NCBI RefSeq assembly: GCF_022045235.1
Contig: NW_027266280.1
Coordinates: 372,001-436,000, forward strand
Reading direction: 5' to 3'
DNA: 64,000 nt
DNA from: Haliotis cracherodii
Lineage: Eukaryota
Shown here piece by piece: positions 36,301-50,900 of this stretch. The notes below the pieces were generated by a model. It searched no databases. It worked only from the letters and a program-made list of their open reading frames with translations, and was not told the DNA's origin. Numbering within the stretch: position 1 is the stretch's first letter; each line of letters starts with the position of its first letter. Both the position numbers and the translations under genes were made by a program.

Positions 36301-39300
36301 GGCAGAAGAGAGCAGAGGGGAAGAGACGAGAGCAGAAGAGAGCAGAGGGGGGCAGAGGAGAGCAGAGGGGGGCAGAAGAGAGCAGAGGGGGGCAGAGGAG
36401 AGCAGAGGGGGGGCAGAAGAGAGCAGAGGGGGGCAGAGGAGAGCAGAGGGGGGCAGAAGAGAGCAGAGGGGAAGAGAGCAGAGCAGAAGAGAGCAGAGGG
36501 GGGCAGAGGAGAGCAGAGGGGGGCAGAAGAGAGCAGAGGGGGGCAGAGGAGAGCAGAGGGGGGCAGAAGAGAGCAGAGGGGAAGAGAGGAGAGCAGAAGA
36601 GAGCAGAGGGGGGCAGAGGAGAGCAGAGGGGGGCAGAAGAGAGCAGAGGGGAGCAGAACATAGGAGAGCAGAGCAGAGCAGGAAGAACAAAGTACCCCTG
36701 TGGTGAAGCTTAAGCCATGAATGGGTTCACCTTGTACAGCATAAAGCCGATCTGCAGCCGCTTGTCCTTCACGCTGTAACTGGAGACCCTGTGTTCCTGC
36801 ATCAGCGCGATAACGACGCTGCACTTGCCTTCACTCTCCGCATCGTCTGTGTCTTGGTTGAAGTCATCTTGGTCAAGCATTGAAAAAACATCAAGTCAGG
36901 TGCAAGGAGGAGGTTGTTGCAAAACAATAAGTGGCTCACCAACATCAGGATGTACGATTGCACCTTTACCAAGGTGTACAATGGCTCCTTTAAAAGGGCG
37001 TACAATGGCACCTTCATCAGGGCGTACAATGGCACCTTTATCAGGGCATACAATGGCACCTTCATAAGGGCGTACAATGGCACCTTTCTCAGGGCGTACA
37101 ATGGCACCTTCATCAGGGCGTACAATGGCACCTTTCTCAGGGCATACAATGGCACCTTCATCAGGGCGTACAATGGCACCTTCATCAGGGCATACAATGG
37201 CACCTTCATCAGGGCTACAATGGCACTTTTATCAGGGTGTACAATGGCACCTTCAACAGGGCATACAATGGCACCTTCATCAGGGCGTACAATGGCACCT
37301 TTATCAGGGCATACAATGGCACCTTCATAAGGGCGTACAATGGCACCTTTCTCAGGGCGTACAATGGCACCTTCATCAGGGCGTACAATGGCACCTTCAT
37401 CAGGGCATACAATGGCACCTTCATCAGGGCATACAATGGCACCTTCATCAGGGCATACAATGGCACCTTCATAAGGACATACAATGGCACCTTCATCAGG
37501 GCATACAATGGCACCTTCATCAGGGCATACAATGGCACCTTTATCAGGGCATACAGCAGCATCTTTATCTGGGAGTACAATGGCACCTTCGTCAGGGCAT
37601 ACAATGGCACCTTCTTCAGGGCGTGCAATTGCACCTACAAGGCATACAATGGCACCTACAGGCCGAACAATCTGGGCTTACAATACCGTCTACAGCAGGG
37701 CGTACAATGGCACCTACAGCAGGGCATACAATGGCACCTACAGCAGGGCTTACATTACAATAGCTGGCATACCTGGTTTCATCCAAACAATTTTTGCCTA
37801 TTTTTACAGTAAGGGACACAGTTAAATTCGGATACACCCAGACTGTTACCATGGTTACTTAGCAACACAAGACTACCTGGATGTGTGAGAGTGAGGAGGT
37901 ATTGCGGGTTGGTAGCAAACAGCTTGAGATCATTGCGGGATCCTCCGGCATTGACGCCTTCCTCCCAGCTGCCATCAAGTCTCACAAAGTGACCTGCAAT
38001 CACAGACATTGAGACAATGAGGTCAAAACACATCCAGCTTGACGATGTTCATGAAACAATGGGTAAAAAAGTATGTGGCTTAATGGCATTCATGAAACGA
38101 AAGGTATCTAGCTTAGTGGTGTTCATGAGACAATGTGTATTTTTACAGTTGTGCGGTTTGATGTGCACAGTATCTGTGACATATCAGTCCTATTTCCCTA
38201 CCTGCACTGTCAGACACTCCATCCCCATCAAAGTCAGGACCAGTCAGGCAGATGGTGACTTCCTGGAAATGGCGACAAAAGTCCTTGAAGGACATCCAGA
38301 ATTCTCCATCATCCCGGGACTCAAGCCCCAGACTGTCCTTGGTGTCATCGTCCACCCACTCCCAGTTGACATCGCTGCAAGAAAACATGGAACGTACTTG
38401 CTAGGGAAACAGGGAAACACGGAAACTGGGAAACACGGAAACAGGGAAACAGGGAAACACGGACACATGGAAACAGGGAAACAGGGAAACAGGGAAACAC
38501 GGAAACTGGGAAACACGGACACATGGAAACAGGGAAACATGGAAACAGGGAAACACGGAAACAGGGAAACACGGAAACAGGGAAACACAGAAACAGGGAA
38601 ACACGGAAACAGGGAAACATGGAAACATGGAAACAGGGAAACACGGAAACATGGAAACTGGGAAACACGGAAACACGGACACATGGAAACAGGGAAACAG
38701 GGAAACAGGGAAACACGGAAACAGGGAAACAGGGAAACACGGAAACAGGGAAACACAGAAACAGGGAAACATGGAAACACGGAAACAGGGAAACACGGAA
38801 ACACAGAGTGTGCATCACACCCCGAGTGAGCAATATCACTGTACCCATGTCGGGAATCGAACCCGGGTCTTTGGCGTGACGAGTGAACGCTTTAACCACC
38901 CCTTATTTTTGTAGGAATTTATCCTGACCTATGGGACCCCATGCAACCCTGACCTATGGGACCCCATGCAACCCTGACCTATGGGACCCCATGCAACCCT
39001 GACCTATGGGACCACATGCAACCCTGACCTATGGGACAAAAACAAGTGCGACCTCATCTATGGGATATATTTCACTGCTGTTTCAAATAAGGGGGGACAA
39101 TCTAGCCAGATCAAATAATGTAGATAGAGTTATGCCCCCTACTTGTCACTCCATGAGCCTTTCCACTCCGTCGCGTCTCCCCATGGGTTCCTGATCCTCA
39201 GCAGCTTCTCCTCACCCATCTCGTGGTGGATCTGAAAACATTGTAACCATGGTAACAACACTTCACCTTGGTAACAACATTTCCTAAAGACATGTTAAAG

Positions 39301-42300
39301 CTTTACTGTTGTGGATGATGGCTGGCACCCTTAAGGCCAGACACGGCACCTTAAATTAACATAATTGCTTCAATATGTCAAAATCGAGATTTTGATTTTT
39401 TTCGCATATATAATACATGTACTTTGTGATGCAACATGTTTTTTACGATATTGTGTATATTTACTGAATAAAAAACGTTATTTAAATCATAATGTGTGGT
39501 ATTGTTTTTAAATATGATCGTAATCAATGTGGAAAACCCTGAACTTTCACCCATGACAACGCCCCCGCAGCTGTAACGAACCCCTTCATGTTATACATCG
39601 ATAGAAAGCTGATCGTTTCCGCCATCTTTCTGTGCAAAAACATTCTAAAAATAGATATTCCACGTGAGGCTATCGTCGGTTTTTCCCGCGAGTCATTCGT
39701 ACGTAAATTACCATTTAAGGAGAAATATCCCGTAATGCAACATTCGGGAATATTCGTTCGATCCAAATAAAGTAAAACGTATCCCACAATGCAACATTCG
39801 GCTTAGCAACAAAACACCGGTCTTTTCCGGTAGGTATACAAAATGGCGGCTGCTTTGCGAAAGATTGACAGGCAAACATCGTTTTTGATATTTTCTTAAC
39901 TGAAAATTGTTGTATTTTTTTAAAATGAGGTCAAAACACGTGTCACAACACGCCAATGGTTAGAATAGGAGGCGAAGGGCAAGTCAGTTGAAGCAGGCAC
40001 GTTCGAAATGCGGTGTTAGAGTTACGACCCGTGTTGACTGCGCGATCATCCCCGTGTCAGATTCTGACAGCTTGGACGTTTTAGATGCATCGGAATCATC
40101 CGGGGACCACGCCGTTGGGGAAAACATCCCCGTTGGAGACAATGAAGGTGAGAATTTTTTTTTATTGAATGCAACTTCACGCAGCGACATAAAACTATCA
40201 AAATTTAAAGCTGCTGAAAATATCAAATCTCCCGTGCTTGACAATGATGAACCAAAACCTCAATGGATGTCTATTGACATGAGACAAATGAATTATTTTT
40301 TTTCAAGAGATTGAATGCCTATCATGTCACGAACAGGGGTCTTTTATTGTTTGAAAAGAGTGACAATTTTGATAGATTTGGATTTGCTGTAAACGTTATG
40401 TCAAAACTGTCAGATGTGTGTTGCAAAAAATTACACTTCACAAAGGTCAGGTAATCAATCTGGTACCAATCCCTTTCAGGTCAATGACATTTTTATGCTC
40501 TGTCAGAGGTAGGACTTGGTCATGCTGCAATGAAAAGGTTTTGTCTGTTTTTTGGAATGGAAGGTCTCCATCCTAAGACATTACAACAAAAACAAAACAT
40601 TCTTTCACAGGTTGTTGTTGAAAATACTAAGGAAGTTTTGTCAACATCAGACATTGTCTCGATGCAGAAATTGCAGAAAAGATGGTACCTGTGTATCAAA
40701 GAATGTCTGATGAAAACCTCCTTAAGAGGATGGTGAAAGGCAAGACACAGAATGCTAATGAATGCTTGCATTCCGTGATCTAGTCCCGTTGTCCGAAGAC
40801 CGTCTTTTTGGATGCAAGGCGGTTGCATCGGGCAGTGGCGTCTGCAATAGCTTCGTTCAATGAGGGTACATGTCACATTACTCAGGTAATGAACAAGCTT
40901 GCAATAGAAGCTAATGAAATAACAGCAGCTTCTATTGAAAGACTTGATAATGTGAGAACCCTCAAAGCAAGGAAACAAAGCCAGGAGACATCTAAGATAG
41001 AACGTAGTGCAAAGTGGGAGGCTAAAAAAAGGGACCGAGTTCATGTTGAGGCAGCTGAAGGCTTGTTGTATGGTGCTGGGGAGTTTTAAGTCCTGTTATT
41101 TCTTTGTACATGCATTGTTTTATGTATCTTGAATACATCCCATCAGTAAACTAAGATCTTGTAACTGTTTAATAGGTGCTGAAGGAAGAAAACCATATAC
41201 AAACTTATTTCCTCATTTTCTCCATTAACGTCATTTTGGATCTTAGTGAACATAGATCTCAACCGTTATTGGCCCGATTTGGATGAAATTTGGTGTACAT
41301 ATAGGCAGAGGATTACTTTACGCAATAACAGAGAGACTTTTTGAAATTTGTTGGCCATTTTGATTTTAAAAAATAAATTATGGGTAAAAATCAACCTAAA
41401 AAATGGGAAATTTTGAAAAAATATTTTAAAAATATATGCCAGTCTTTTTTTAATTTTTCTTTCTGTCATTGCACCCAACACCATACAAGCTTTGTTATAC
41501 AACTGAAATTTTATAAATATCTTTATTGGTCTTAGAGAAAAACTGAATCTAATTTCCATCTTTTTCAGGCTTGCGGCGGCCATCTTGGATGTTTCCATGG
41601 CAACCGGTGGCAGCATCACCTGGAAAAGACTCTATTTCAATTGTTAATATGTATACCTCCAAGTTGTAACCAATTAAAACTAACAAATACTTGTGAAGCA
41701 TTTTGTCAACTGTAAGGTGCAGTGTCTGGCCTTAAGCTACCAGTCAGCAGATCAGTTGAGCTTTCAATCTGTTCCACCTTTGGCCGGAATCATTCAGCAG
41801 ATGGTATCACGAATATCAAGATATTAAACTGTGAAATTTTCTAATCATAAAATGAAATGACAAATTAGTTAATAGCATAATCTTAAATATTCCTCTTGAC
41901 CATGTTGACATCAGGCATGTTCTTGTCCACAACAGACTCTACAAGGAGAAATCACATCCGTGAGATCCAACATACCTTGCTCCCCTGTTTCACAATGTTC
42001 AAATATCATCCTAGAGCAAATATTTTAGATCACTTACATTGCATAAATGCACATTTTCAATCAATTTACCCTTTGTCACCAAAAAATAATGAGAGAATAG
42101 AAACCTGAACATTGTGAGAATTTGAGAGTGAGTGAGCGTGGCTACCCCACCCCCTGAGAGTGAAAATTCTTGAAAGCCATGTGACATTACTGTTCCAATC
42201 ATTGTCCAATCCTACCTTTCTTATTCCTGTGATAGTGTATGCATGACCGGAGACGAGACCATTAGCATCCGCGTTGTTCCCACTCTTCCAGTCCCCCTGC

Positions 42301-44963
42301 AAACAAGTAAACGAACCAGTCAGCTGACACTAGTCTCCATGGTAACCAGTAGACAAACCAGTCAGCTGACACTAGTCTCCATGGTAACCAGTAGACAAAC
42401 CAGTCAGCTGAATCTAGTCTCCATCATAATGAGCAAACAACCAGTCAGCTGACACCTGTCTCCAAGGCAACAGGTGAACACACCAGTCAGCTGGCAGTCT
42501 TGATGTCCACCAATCTCAATTGACAAGATGCCTGTGGCTGCCTACCATACCAGGCATAATGTGACTCAAAGATTTTCCCAATGAAGGCTGCAGAACAGAC
42601 ATAAACAAGTGTTCTAGAAGCCCAGTGTGAGTGTTCTAGATGCCCAGAGTGAGTGTTCTAGAAGCCCAGCATGAGTGTTCTAGAAGCCCAGCATGTGTGT
42701 TCTAGAAGCCCAGCAAGTGTGTTCTAGAAGCCGAGCATGAGTGTTCTAGAAGCCCAGCATATGTGTTCTAGAAGCCCAGCATGTGAGTTCCAGACGCCCA
42801 GTGTGAGTGTTCTAGAAGCCCAGAGTGAGTGTTCTAGAAGCCCAGCATGAGTGTTCTAGAAGCCCAGCATGTGTGTTCCAGACGCCCAGTGTGAGTGTTC
42901 TAGAAGCCCAGTGTGAGTGTTCTAGAAGCCCAGCATGAGTGTTCCAGACGCCCAGCATGTGTGTTATAGAAGCCCAGCAAGAGTGTTCTAGAAGCCCAGA
43001 ATGAGTGTTCTAGAAGCCCAGCATGTGAGTTCCAGACGCCCAGTGTGAGTGTTCTAGAAGCCCAGCATGTGAGTTCCAGACGCCCAGTGTGAGTGTTCTA
43101 GAAGCCCAGAGTGAGTGTTCTAGAAGCCCAGCATGAGTGTTCTAGAAGCCAAGCAAGTGTGTTCCAGAAGCCCAGCAAGTGTGTTCCAGAAGCCCAGCAA
43201 GTGTGTTCTAGAAGCCCAGCATGTGTGTTCCAGACGCCCAGCATGAGTGTTCTAGAAGCCAAGCAAGTGTGTTCCAGAAGCCCAATCTTGTCTTGACCAG
43301 GACGCTGGTGACAGAAAGCATGGTACAATGACCAACCTTCAGGTCAATGATCGGCCAGGCACAGTCCGTCCCCACTGTCCTCACTTGACTCACACAGATG
43401 GTACAATGACCAACCTTCAGGTCAATGATCGGCCAGGCACAGTCCGTCCCCACTGTCCTCACTTGACTCACACAGATGGTACAATGACCAACCTTCAGGT
43501 CAATGATCGGCCAGGCACAGTCCATCCCCACTGTCCTCACTTGACTCACACAGATGGTACAATGACCAACCTTCAGGTCAATGATCGGCCAGGCACAGTC
43601 CGTCCCCACTGTCCTCACTTGACTCACACAGATGGTACAATGACCAACCTTCAGGTCAATGATCGGCCAGGCACAGTCCGTCCCCACTGTCCTCGCTTGA
43701 CTCACACAGACACTGGAGACCTCTTGTTTCTTGTTTCTTGAACTCCGAGAGGTGTCCAACACAACGGAAACCCCAACTTAGGGGAAACACAGTGTCTTTG
43801 TCATGGTCATGGATACTTTGACAACAACTTGCCTTATTGAACACACATTTTGTTTGTTTGTTTGTGTGTTTGTTGTTAAACGACACACTTAGCAATATTC
43901 CAGCTTTATGACAACAGTCTGTAATAATCGAGTCTGGATCAGACAATCCAGTGATTGACATCACTAGATGAACGCAATTGGGATACAATGACATGCATTA
44001 ACCAAGTCGGCAAACCTGACCTACCCGATCCCGTTAGTCACCTCTTACTACAAGCATAGTAGCCATTTACGGCAAGCATAGGTTGCTGAAGACCTATTCT
44101 ACCCCATACAATACGATCCTACCTTCTTGGAGCAGGCAATGAAGGCGCCGGTCTTGTGCGCCCGGAGGATCTGCCTGAACATGTTGGGGTTGTAGTCCTC
44201 GAGTTCGTACCGTTCCGCTAGCCCGCCTGTCAGGTCCACCAGGGCATCCATCGTCTGACCTCCCTCCAGGGCCTCGTAGGACCCATGCACCCTGCAACCA
44301 CAACAAACGTATAGTCAACGAAGTCATCAATATCCCCCGCCCATTTTAACATGTTATGGTCCCAAACCAGGTAACATTTTTCTTAGCCCATGTCAAAATA
44401 GCTGCAATGGAAATTCTAAAATAAACATTTCTAAAACTCCTTAATATCAAATGATACCAGTTCTGTTCAGTATGTGCTTTATATATAGACGTGCAATGTT
44501 TGGCAAGGAAATATTTCTGGAAATAATGCCCAGTAATACAAATTTCTAAAATTCATAAATAGCAAAAGTCAACAATTGAGCATGTGTCTGATAGATGTGA
44601 AAAAAATCATCCGGAATCGAACCCTACCCTTATTGTTTCCAAATTATTGCCATGGAAACATAAATAATAAAAATTTCTAAAATTCCTAAATAGCAAAAGG
44701 CACCAGTTCACTATGTGCGTGGTAGTCAGGCAAAGGTGTGTAAGAAAGTATTTAAAGTTTTTGAAGTTATGCTCCGGAAACGAATTCTACCCTATAGAAC
44801 CTAAGTCCAACTTGTTGCCATGGAAAAAAAAAAAAAAATGTCTAAAATTACTAAATAGCAAAAGGCACCAGTTCGCATGAGTCTGATACACCTGCAAAGT
44901 TTCGTAGAGAAATATTTAACTGTTTCTGAGTTATGCTCCGGAAACTATTTCAGGGCGCACGCG

Positions 44964-44996
<33 letters not shown>

Positions 44997-47900
44997 ACGC
45001 ACACACACACGCGCACGCACACGCGCACACGCACACGCGCACGCGCACGCACACGCACACGTACGCACACACACACACATGCACAGATGGATGGACGGAA
45101 CCAATTTCTATATACCGGGGGATAACAACATGCAAGTCACTTGACGTTACACACTAGCTTCAAAACCTACTCATCATGTTCATGATAATAAACACATTAC
45201 TTGAACACATGCACAGGGAAAAGTTGTAACAGCTTCACAAAACTACATAAGTCATGTAAATCATCACAAATATTTCATCTTCTAGAGGCAGTACCCAACA
45301 CAATCCAAACACAGGCCATCTATTAGAGGCAGTACCAAACAGAATCCAAACACAGGCCATCTACTAGACGCAGTACCCAACACAATCCAAACACAGGCCA
45401 TCTACTAGAGGCAGTACCAAACACAATCCAAACACAGGCCATCTACTAGAGGCAGTACCAAACACAATCCAAACACAGGCCATCTACTAGAGGCAGTACC
45501 AAACACAATCCAAACACAGGACATCTACTAGAGGCAGTACCCAACACAATTCAAACACAGGCCATCTACTAGAGGCAGTACCAAACACAATTCAAACACA
45601 GGACATCTACTAGAGGCAGTACCCTACACAATCCAAACACAGGCCATCTACTAGACGCAGTACCCAACACAATCCAAACACAGGCCATCTACTAAAGGCA
45701 GTACCAAACACAATTCAAACACAGGACATCTACTAGACGCAGTACCCAGCACAATCCAAACACAGGCCATCTACTAGAGGCAGTACCAAACACAATCCAA
45801 ACACAGGCCATCTTTTAGAGGCAGTACCAAACACAATCCAAACACAGGCCATCTACTAGAGGCAGTACCAAACATAATCCAAACACAGGCCATCTACTAG
45901 ACGCAGTACCCAACACAATCCAAACACAGGCCATCTACTAGAGGCAGTACCAAACACAATCCAAACACAGGCCATCTTTTAGAGGCAGTACCAAACACAA
46001 TCCAAACACAGGCCATCTACTAGACGCAGTACCCAACAGAATCCAAACACAGGACATCTTTAACATCAGAATGCTGCTCACACAAAGTGAAGAAGTTGAC
46101 ATCACTATCCATTCCTTAGTTATGCTACTCAACATATGATAAGGATGTACTGAGTGTTCCCTTGGGAGTGAGGGAGATGTTGACAAAACAAAGAACAGGG
46201 TTATCACTACCCCCTGCCAAAAGGCTCATTAGAAGTTTGATTGTTCATATAGTAGTGAACAAAAACTATAAAAAACAGCCCCATAAAGCCTGATGAAGAG
46301 ATGGGCACTAGGGCCGCTATTTGTCTATAAAAAAAATGATTAAATGTGAAATTAATACACACAAAGGGCCCTTTCTCTGGAAAAAATAACTCAGTCTAAA
46401 TAAGTATCTCTTAGATCAGCTTCAGTTGTTTCTGCACAAATAATCGGGTATAACATGAGTCACATGGTTTTACGTAGGACATCGTTACAAGAATGACTGG
46501 GTAGCTTGGAATAGAGATATATTCGGCCTACGACTTAAAACCAATCCGGAAGGGTCTCCAGCCAATCAGTTCTACAAGACAGACCACAACACTATCTCCG
46601 ACATACAGTAGGGTGAGCAAGCTAGGCATCTCTTTTAATGCTTCGTAAAAGCTATCAATCATCACTTTCAGGATTGAAGCATGTTAAGACGAGAAGAGGA
46701 AGCATGTTAAGACAAGAAGAGGAAGCATCCTCCATAAGAGGATCTTCAAGACATCACATGCACAAGGCAGAGGTGAGCAGGTAAGTGCTCAGGACACCAC
46801 TGAAACGGCTGTGCCTTGTAGCAGCTGCTTGATCAGCTTGGCAATACAGATAAAAAGGCATGGGGCCGAAGAATTTCCAAAGGGGGGCACCTTTGATGGG
46901 GGGCAGTGTCTTGTAGGTCGAGATTGCCAATGTGGTCTCCCGGCCGGGTGATCATTTGAAGCAGTGCCATCGTTGTCATGCGAAAATGTGGCGGATTTCA
47001 AGATACAATGTGTTGAACATCTTCATACTGAAGACCATCTGGCGCTTGACACTGTCTTTCCTCAAGATCAGGAAACAAGGGACCTCAACACAAGGGACCA
47101 AAAGACAAGGGATCTCAGGACAAGGGACCTCAGGACAAGGGGCTTCAGGACAAACAGATCTCAGGACAAGGGACCTCAGGACAAGGTACCCAAAGACAAG
47201 GGACCTCAGGACAAGGGATCTCAGGACAAGGGATCTCAGGACAAGGGACCTCAAGACAAGGGACCTCAGGACAAGGGAGCCCAAGACAAGGGACCTCAGG
47301 ACAAGGGACCTCAGGACAAGGGATCTCAGGACAAGGGACCTCAGGACAAGGGATCTCAGGACAAGGGACCTCAGGACAACAGATCTCAGGACAAGGGACC
47401 TCAAGACAAGGGACCTCAAGACAAGGGACCTCAAGACCAAGGGACTTATTCACATAACAATTGACTTACTTTGCATATGCTTTTTCAATGAGAGCTACCC
47501 AGAATTCTCTCTGTTCAGTGCAGTGAGCATATATAAGCTTTCCGTTTTGCACCGGCAGTCGATCGTCAATGTAGACTTGTATCCATTTGCCGTAACGCCA
47601 GAACTGGAAACACACAATGCCCTTGTACTCTTCTCCACACAGAGGCTGATTTCTCTCTGGCATTATCTGCAAATCAACATGAAGAATTGTCTTTGATCCT
47701 GAAAAGTCTTCAAAACAGCTGTAAACCCATCCATAGTTTTTTAAATTAGGCCTAATAAGTGTTGATATACGGTACTGACCCTTTCTTTGTACCTGTCTTA
47801 CCTACTCTTCATGGGTCCGATGACACAACCTACCTGAGGCTACATGATATACAGTACTGACCCTTTCTTTGTACATGTCTTACCTACTCTTCATGGGTCC

Positions 47901-50900
47901 AATGACACAACCTACCTTACGTTACATGATATACGGTACTGACCCTTTCTTTGTACATGTCTTACCTACTCTTCATGGGTCCGATGACACAACCTACCTG
48001 AGGCTACATGATATACGGTACTGACCCTTTCTTTGTACATGTCTTACCTACTCTTCATGGGTCCGATGACACAACCTACCTGAGGCTACATGATATACAG
48101 TACTGACCCTTTCTTTGTACATGTCTTACCTACTCTTCATGGGTCCAATGACACAACCTACCTTACGTTACATGATATACGGTACTGACCCTTTCTTTGT
48201 ACATGTCTTACCTACTCTTCATGGGTCCGATGACACAACCTACCTGAGGCTACATGATATACGGTACTGACCCTTTCTTTGTACATGTCTTACCTACTCT
48301 TCATGGGTCCGATGACACAACCTACCTTACGTTACATGATATACGGTACTGACCCTTTCTTTGTACATGTCTTACCTACTCTTCATGGGTCCAATGACAC
48401 AACCTACCTTACGTTACATGATATACGGTACTGACCCTTTCTTTGTACATGTCTTACCTACTCGTCATGGGTCCGATGACACAACCTACCTTACGTTACA
48501 TGATATACGGTACTGACCCTTTCTTTGTACATGTCTTACCTACTCGTCATGGGTCCGATGACACAACCTACCTTACGTTACATGATATACAGTACTGACC
48601 CTTTCTTTGTACATGTCTTACCTACTCTTCATGGGTCCAATGACACAACCTACCTTACGTTACATGATATACGGTACTGACCCTTTCTTTGTACATGTCT
48701 TACCTACTCTTCATGGGTCCAATGACACAACCTACCTTACGTTACATGATATACGGTACTGACCCTTTCTTTGTACCTGTCTTACCTACTCTTCATTGTT
48801 CCAATGACACAACCTACCTTACGTTACATGATATACGGTACTGACCCTTTCTTTGTACATGTCTTACCTACTCTTCATGGGTCCAATGACACAACCTACC
48901 TTACGTTACATGATATACGGTACTGACCCTTTCTTTGTACCTGTCTTACCTACTCTTCATGGGTCCAATGACACAACCTACCTTACGTTACATGATATAC
49001 GGTACTGACCCTTTCTTTGTACATGTCTTACCTACTCTTCATGGGTCCGATGACACAACCTACCTGAGGCTACATGATATACGGTACTGACCCTTTCTTT
49101 GTACCTGTCTTACCTACTCTTCATGCAATGACACAACCTACCTGAGGCTACATGATATACGGTACTGACCCTTTCTTTGTACATGTCTTACCTACTCTTC
49201 ATGGGTCCAATGACACAACCTACCTTACGTTACATGATATACGGTACTGACCCTTTCTTTGTACATGTCTTACCTACTCGTCATGGGTCCGATGACACAA
49301 CCTACCTTACGTTACATGATATACGGTACTGACCCTTTCTTTGTACATGTCTTACCTACTCGTCATGGGTCCGATGACACAACCTACCTTACGTTACATG
49401 ATATACAGTACTGACCCTTTCTTTGTACATGTCTTACCTACTCTTCATGGGTCCAATGACACAACCTACCTTACGTTACATGATATACGGTACTGACCCT
49501 TTCTTTGTACCTGTCTTACCTACTCTTCATGGGTCCAATGACACAACCTACCTTACGTTACATGATATACGGTACTGACCCTTTCTTTGTACCTGTCTTA
49601 CCTACTCTTCATTGTTCCAATGACACAACCTACCTTACGTTACATGATATACGGTACTGACCCTTTCTTTGTACATGTCTTACCTACTCTTCATGGGTCC
49701 AATGACACAACCTACCTTACGTTACATGATATACGGTACTGACCCTTTCTTTGTACCTGTCTTACCTACTCTTCATGGGTCCAATGACACAACCTACCTT
49801 ACGTTACATGATATACGGTACTGACCCTTTCTTTGTACATGTCTTACCTACTCTTCATGGGTCCAATGACACAACCTACCTGAGGCTACATGATATACGG
49901 TACTGACCCTTTCTTTGTACATGTCTTACCTACTCTTCATGGGTCCAATGACACAACCTACCTTACGTTACATGATATACGGTACTGACCCTTTCTTTGT
50001 ACATGTCTTACCTACTCTTCATGGGTCCGATGACACAACCTACCTGAGGCTACATGATATACGGTACTGACCCTTTCTTTGTACCTGTCTTACCTACTCT
50101 TCATGCAATGACACAACCTACCTGAGGCTACATGATATACAGTACTGACCCTTTCTTTGTACATGTCTGACCTACTCGTCATGGGTCCAATGACACAACC
50201 TACCTTACGTTACATGATATACGGTACTGACCCTTTCTTTGTACATGTCTTACCTACTCTTCATGGGTCCGATGACACAACCTACCTGAGGCTACATGAT
50301 ATACAGTACTGACCCTTTCTTTGTACATGTCTTACCTACTCTTCATGGGTCCGATGACACAACCTACCTGAGGCTACATGATATACGGTACTGACCCTTT
50401 CTTTGTACATGTCTTACCTACTCTTCATGGGTCCGATGACACAACCTACCTTACGTTACATGATATACGGTACTGACCCTTTCTTTGTACATGTCTTACC
50501 TACTCTTCATGGGTCCGATGACACAACCTACCTTACGTTACATGATATACGGTACTGACCCTTTCTTTGTACCTGTCTTACCTACTCTTTATGGGTCCAA
50601 TGACACAACCTACCTTACGTTACATGATATACGGTACTGACCCTTTCTTTGTACATGTCTTACCTACTCTTCATGGGTCCGATGACACAACCTACCTGAG
50701 GCTACATGATATACAGTACTGACCCTTTCTTTGTACATGTCTTACCTACTCTTCATGGGTCCAATGACACAACCTACCTGAGGCTACATGATATACGGTA
50801 CTGACCCTTTCTTTGTACATGTCTTACCTACTCTTCATGGGTCCAATGACACAACCTACCTTACGCTACATGATATACGGTACTGACCCTTTCTTTGTAC

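Noticed and set aside
34821-36824. 600-aa G/E/R- or L/P/S/C-rich ORFs in several frames
   Set aside because: A purine-rich low-complexity array inside calpain intron 10; the lack of T removes stop codons.
46440-47070. Possible retroelement 5' fragment (CCAAT boxes, Cys/His peptides CQCG…[10 protein letters not shown])
   Set aside because: Too short and frameshifted to assign without a database search.
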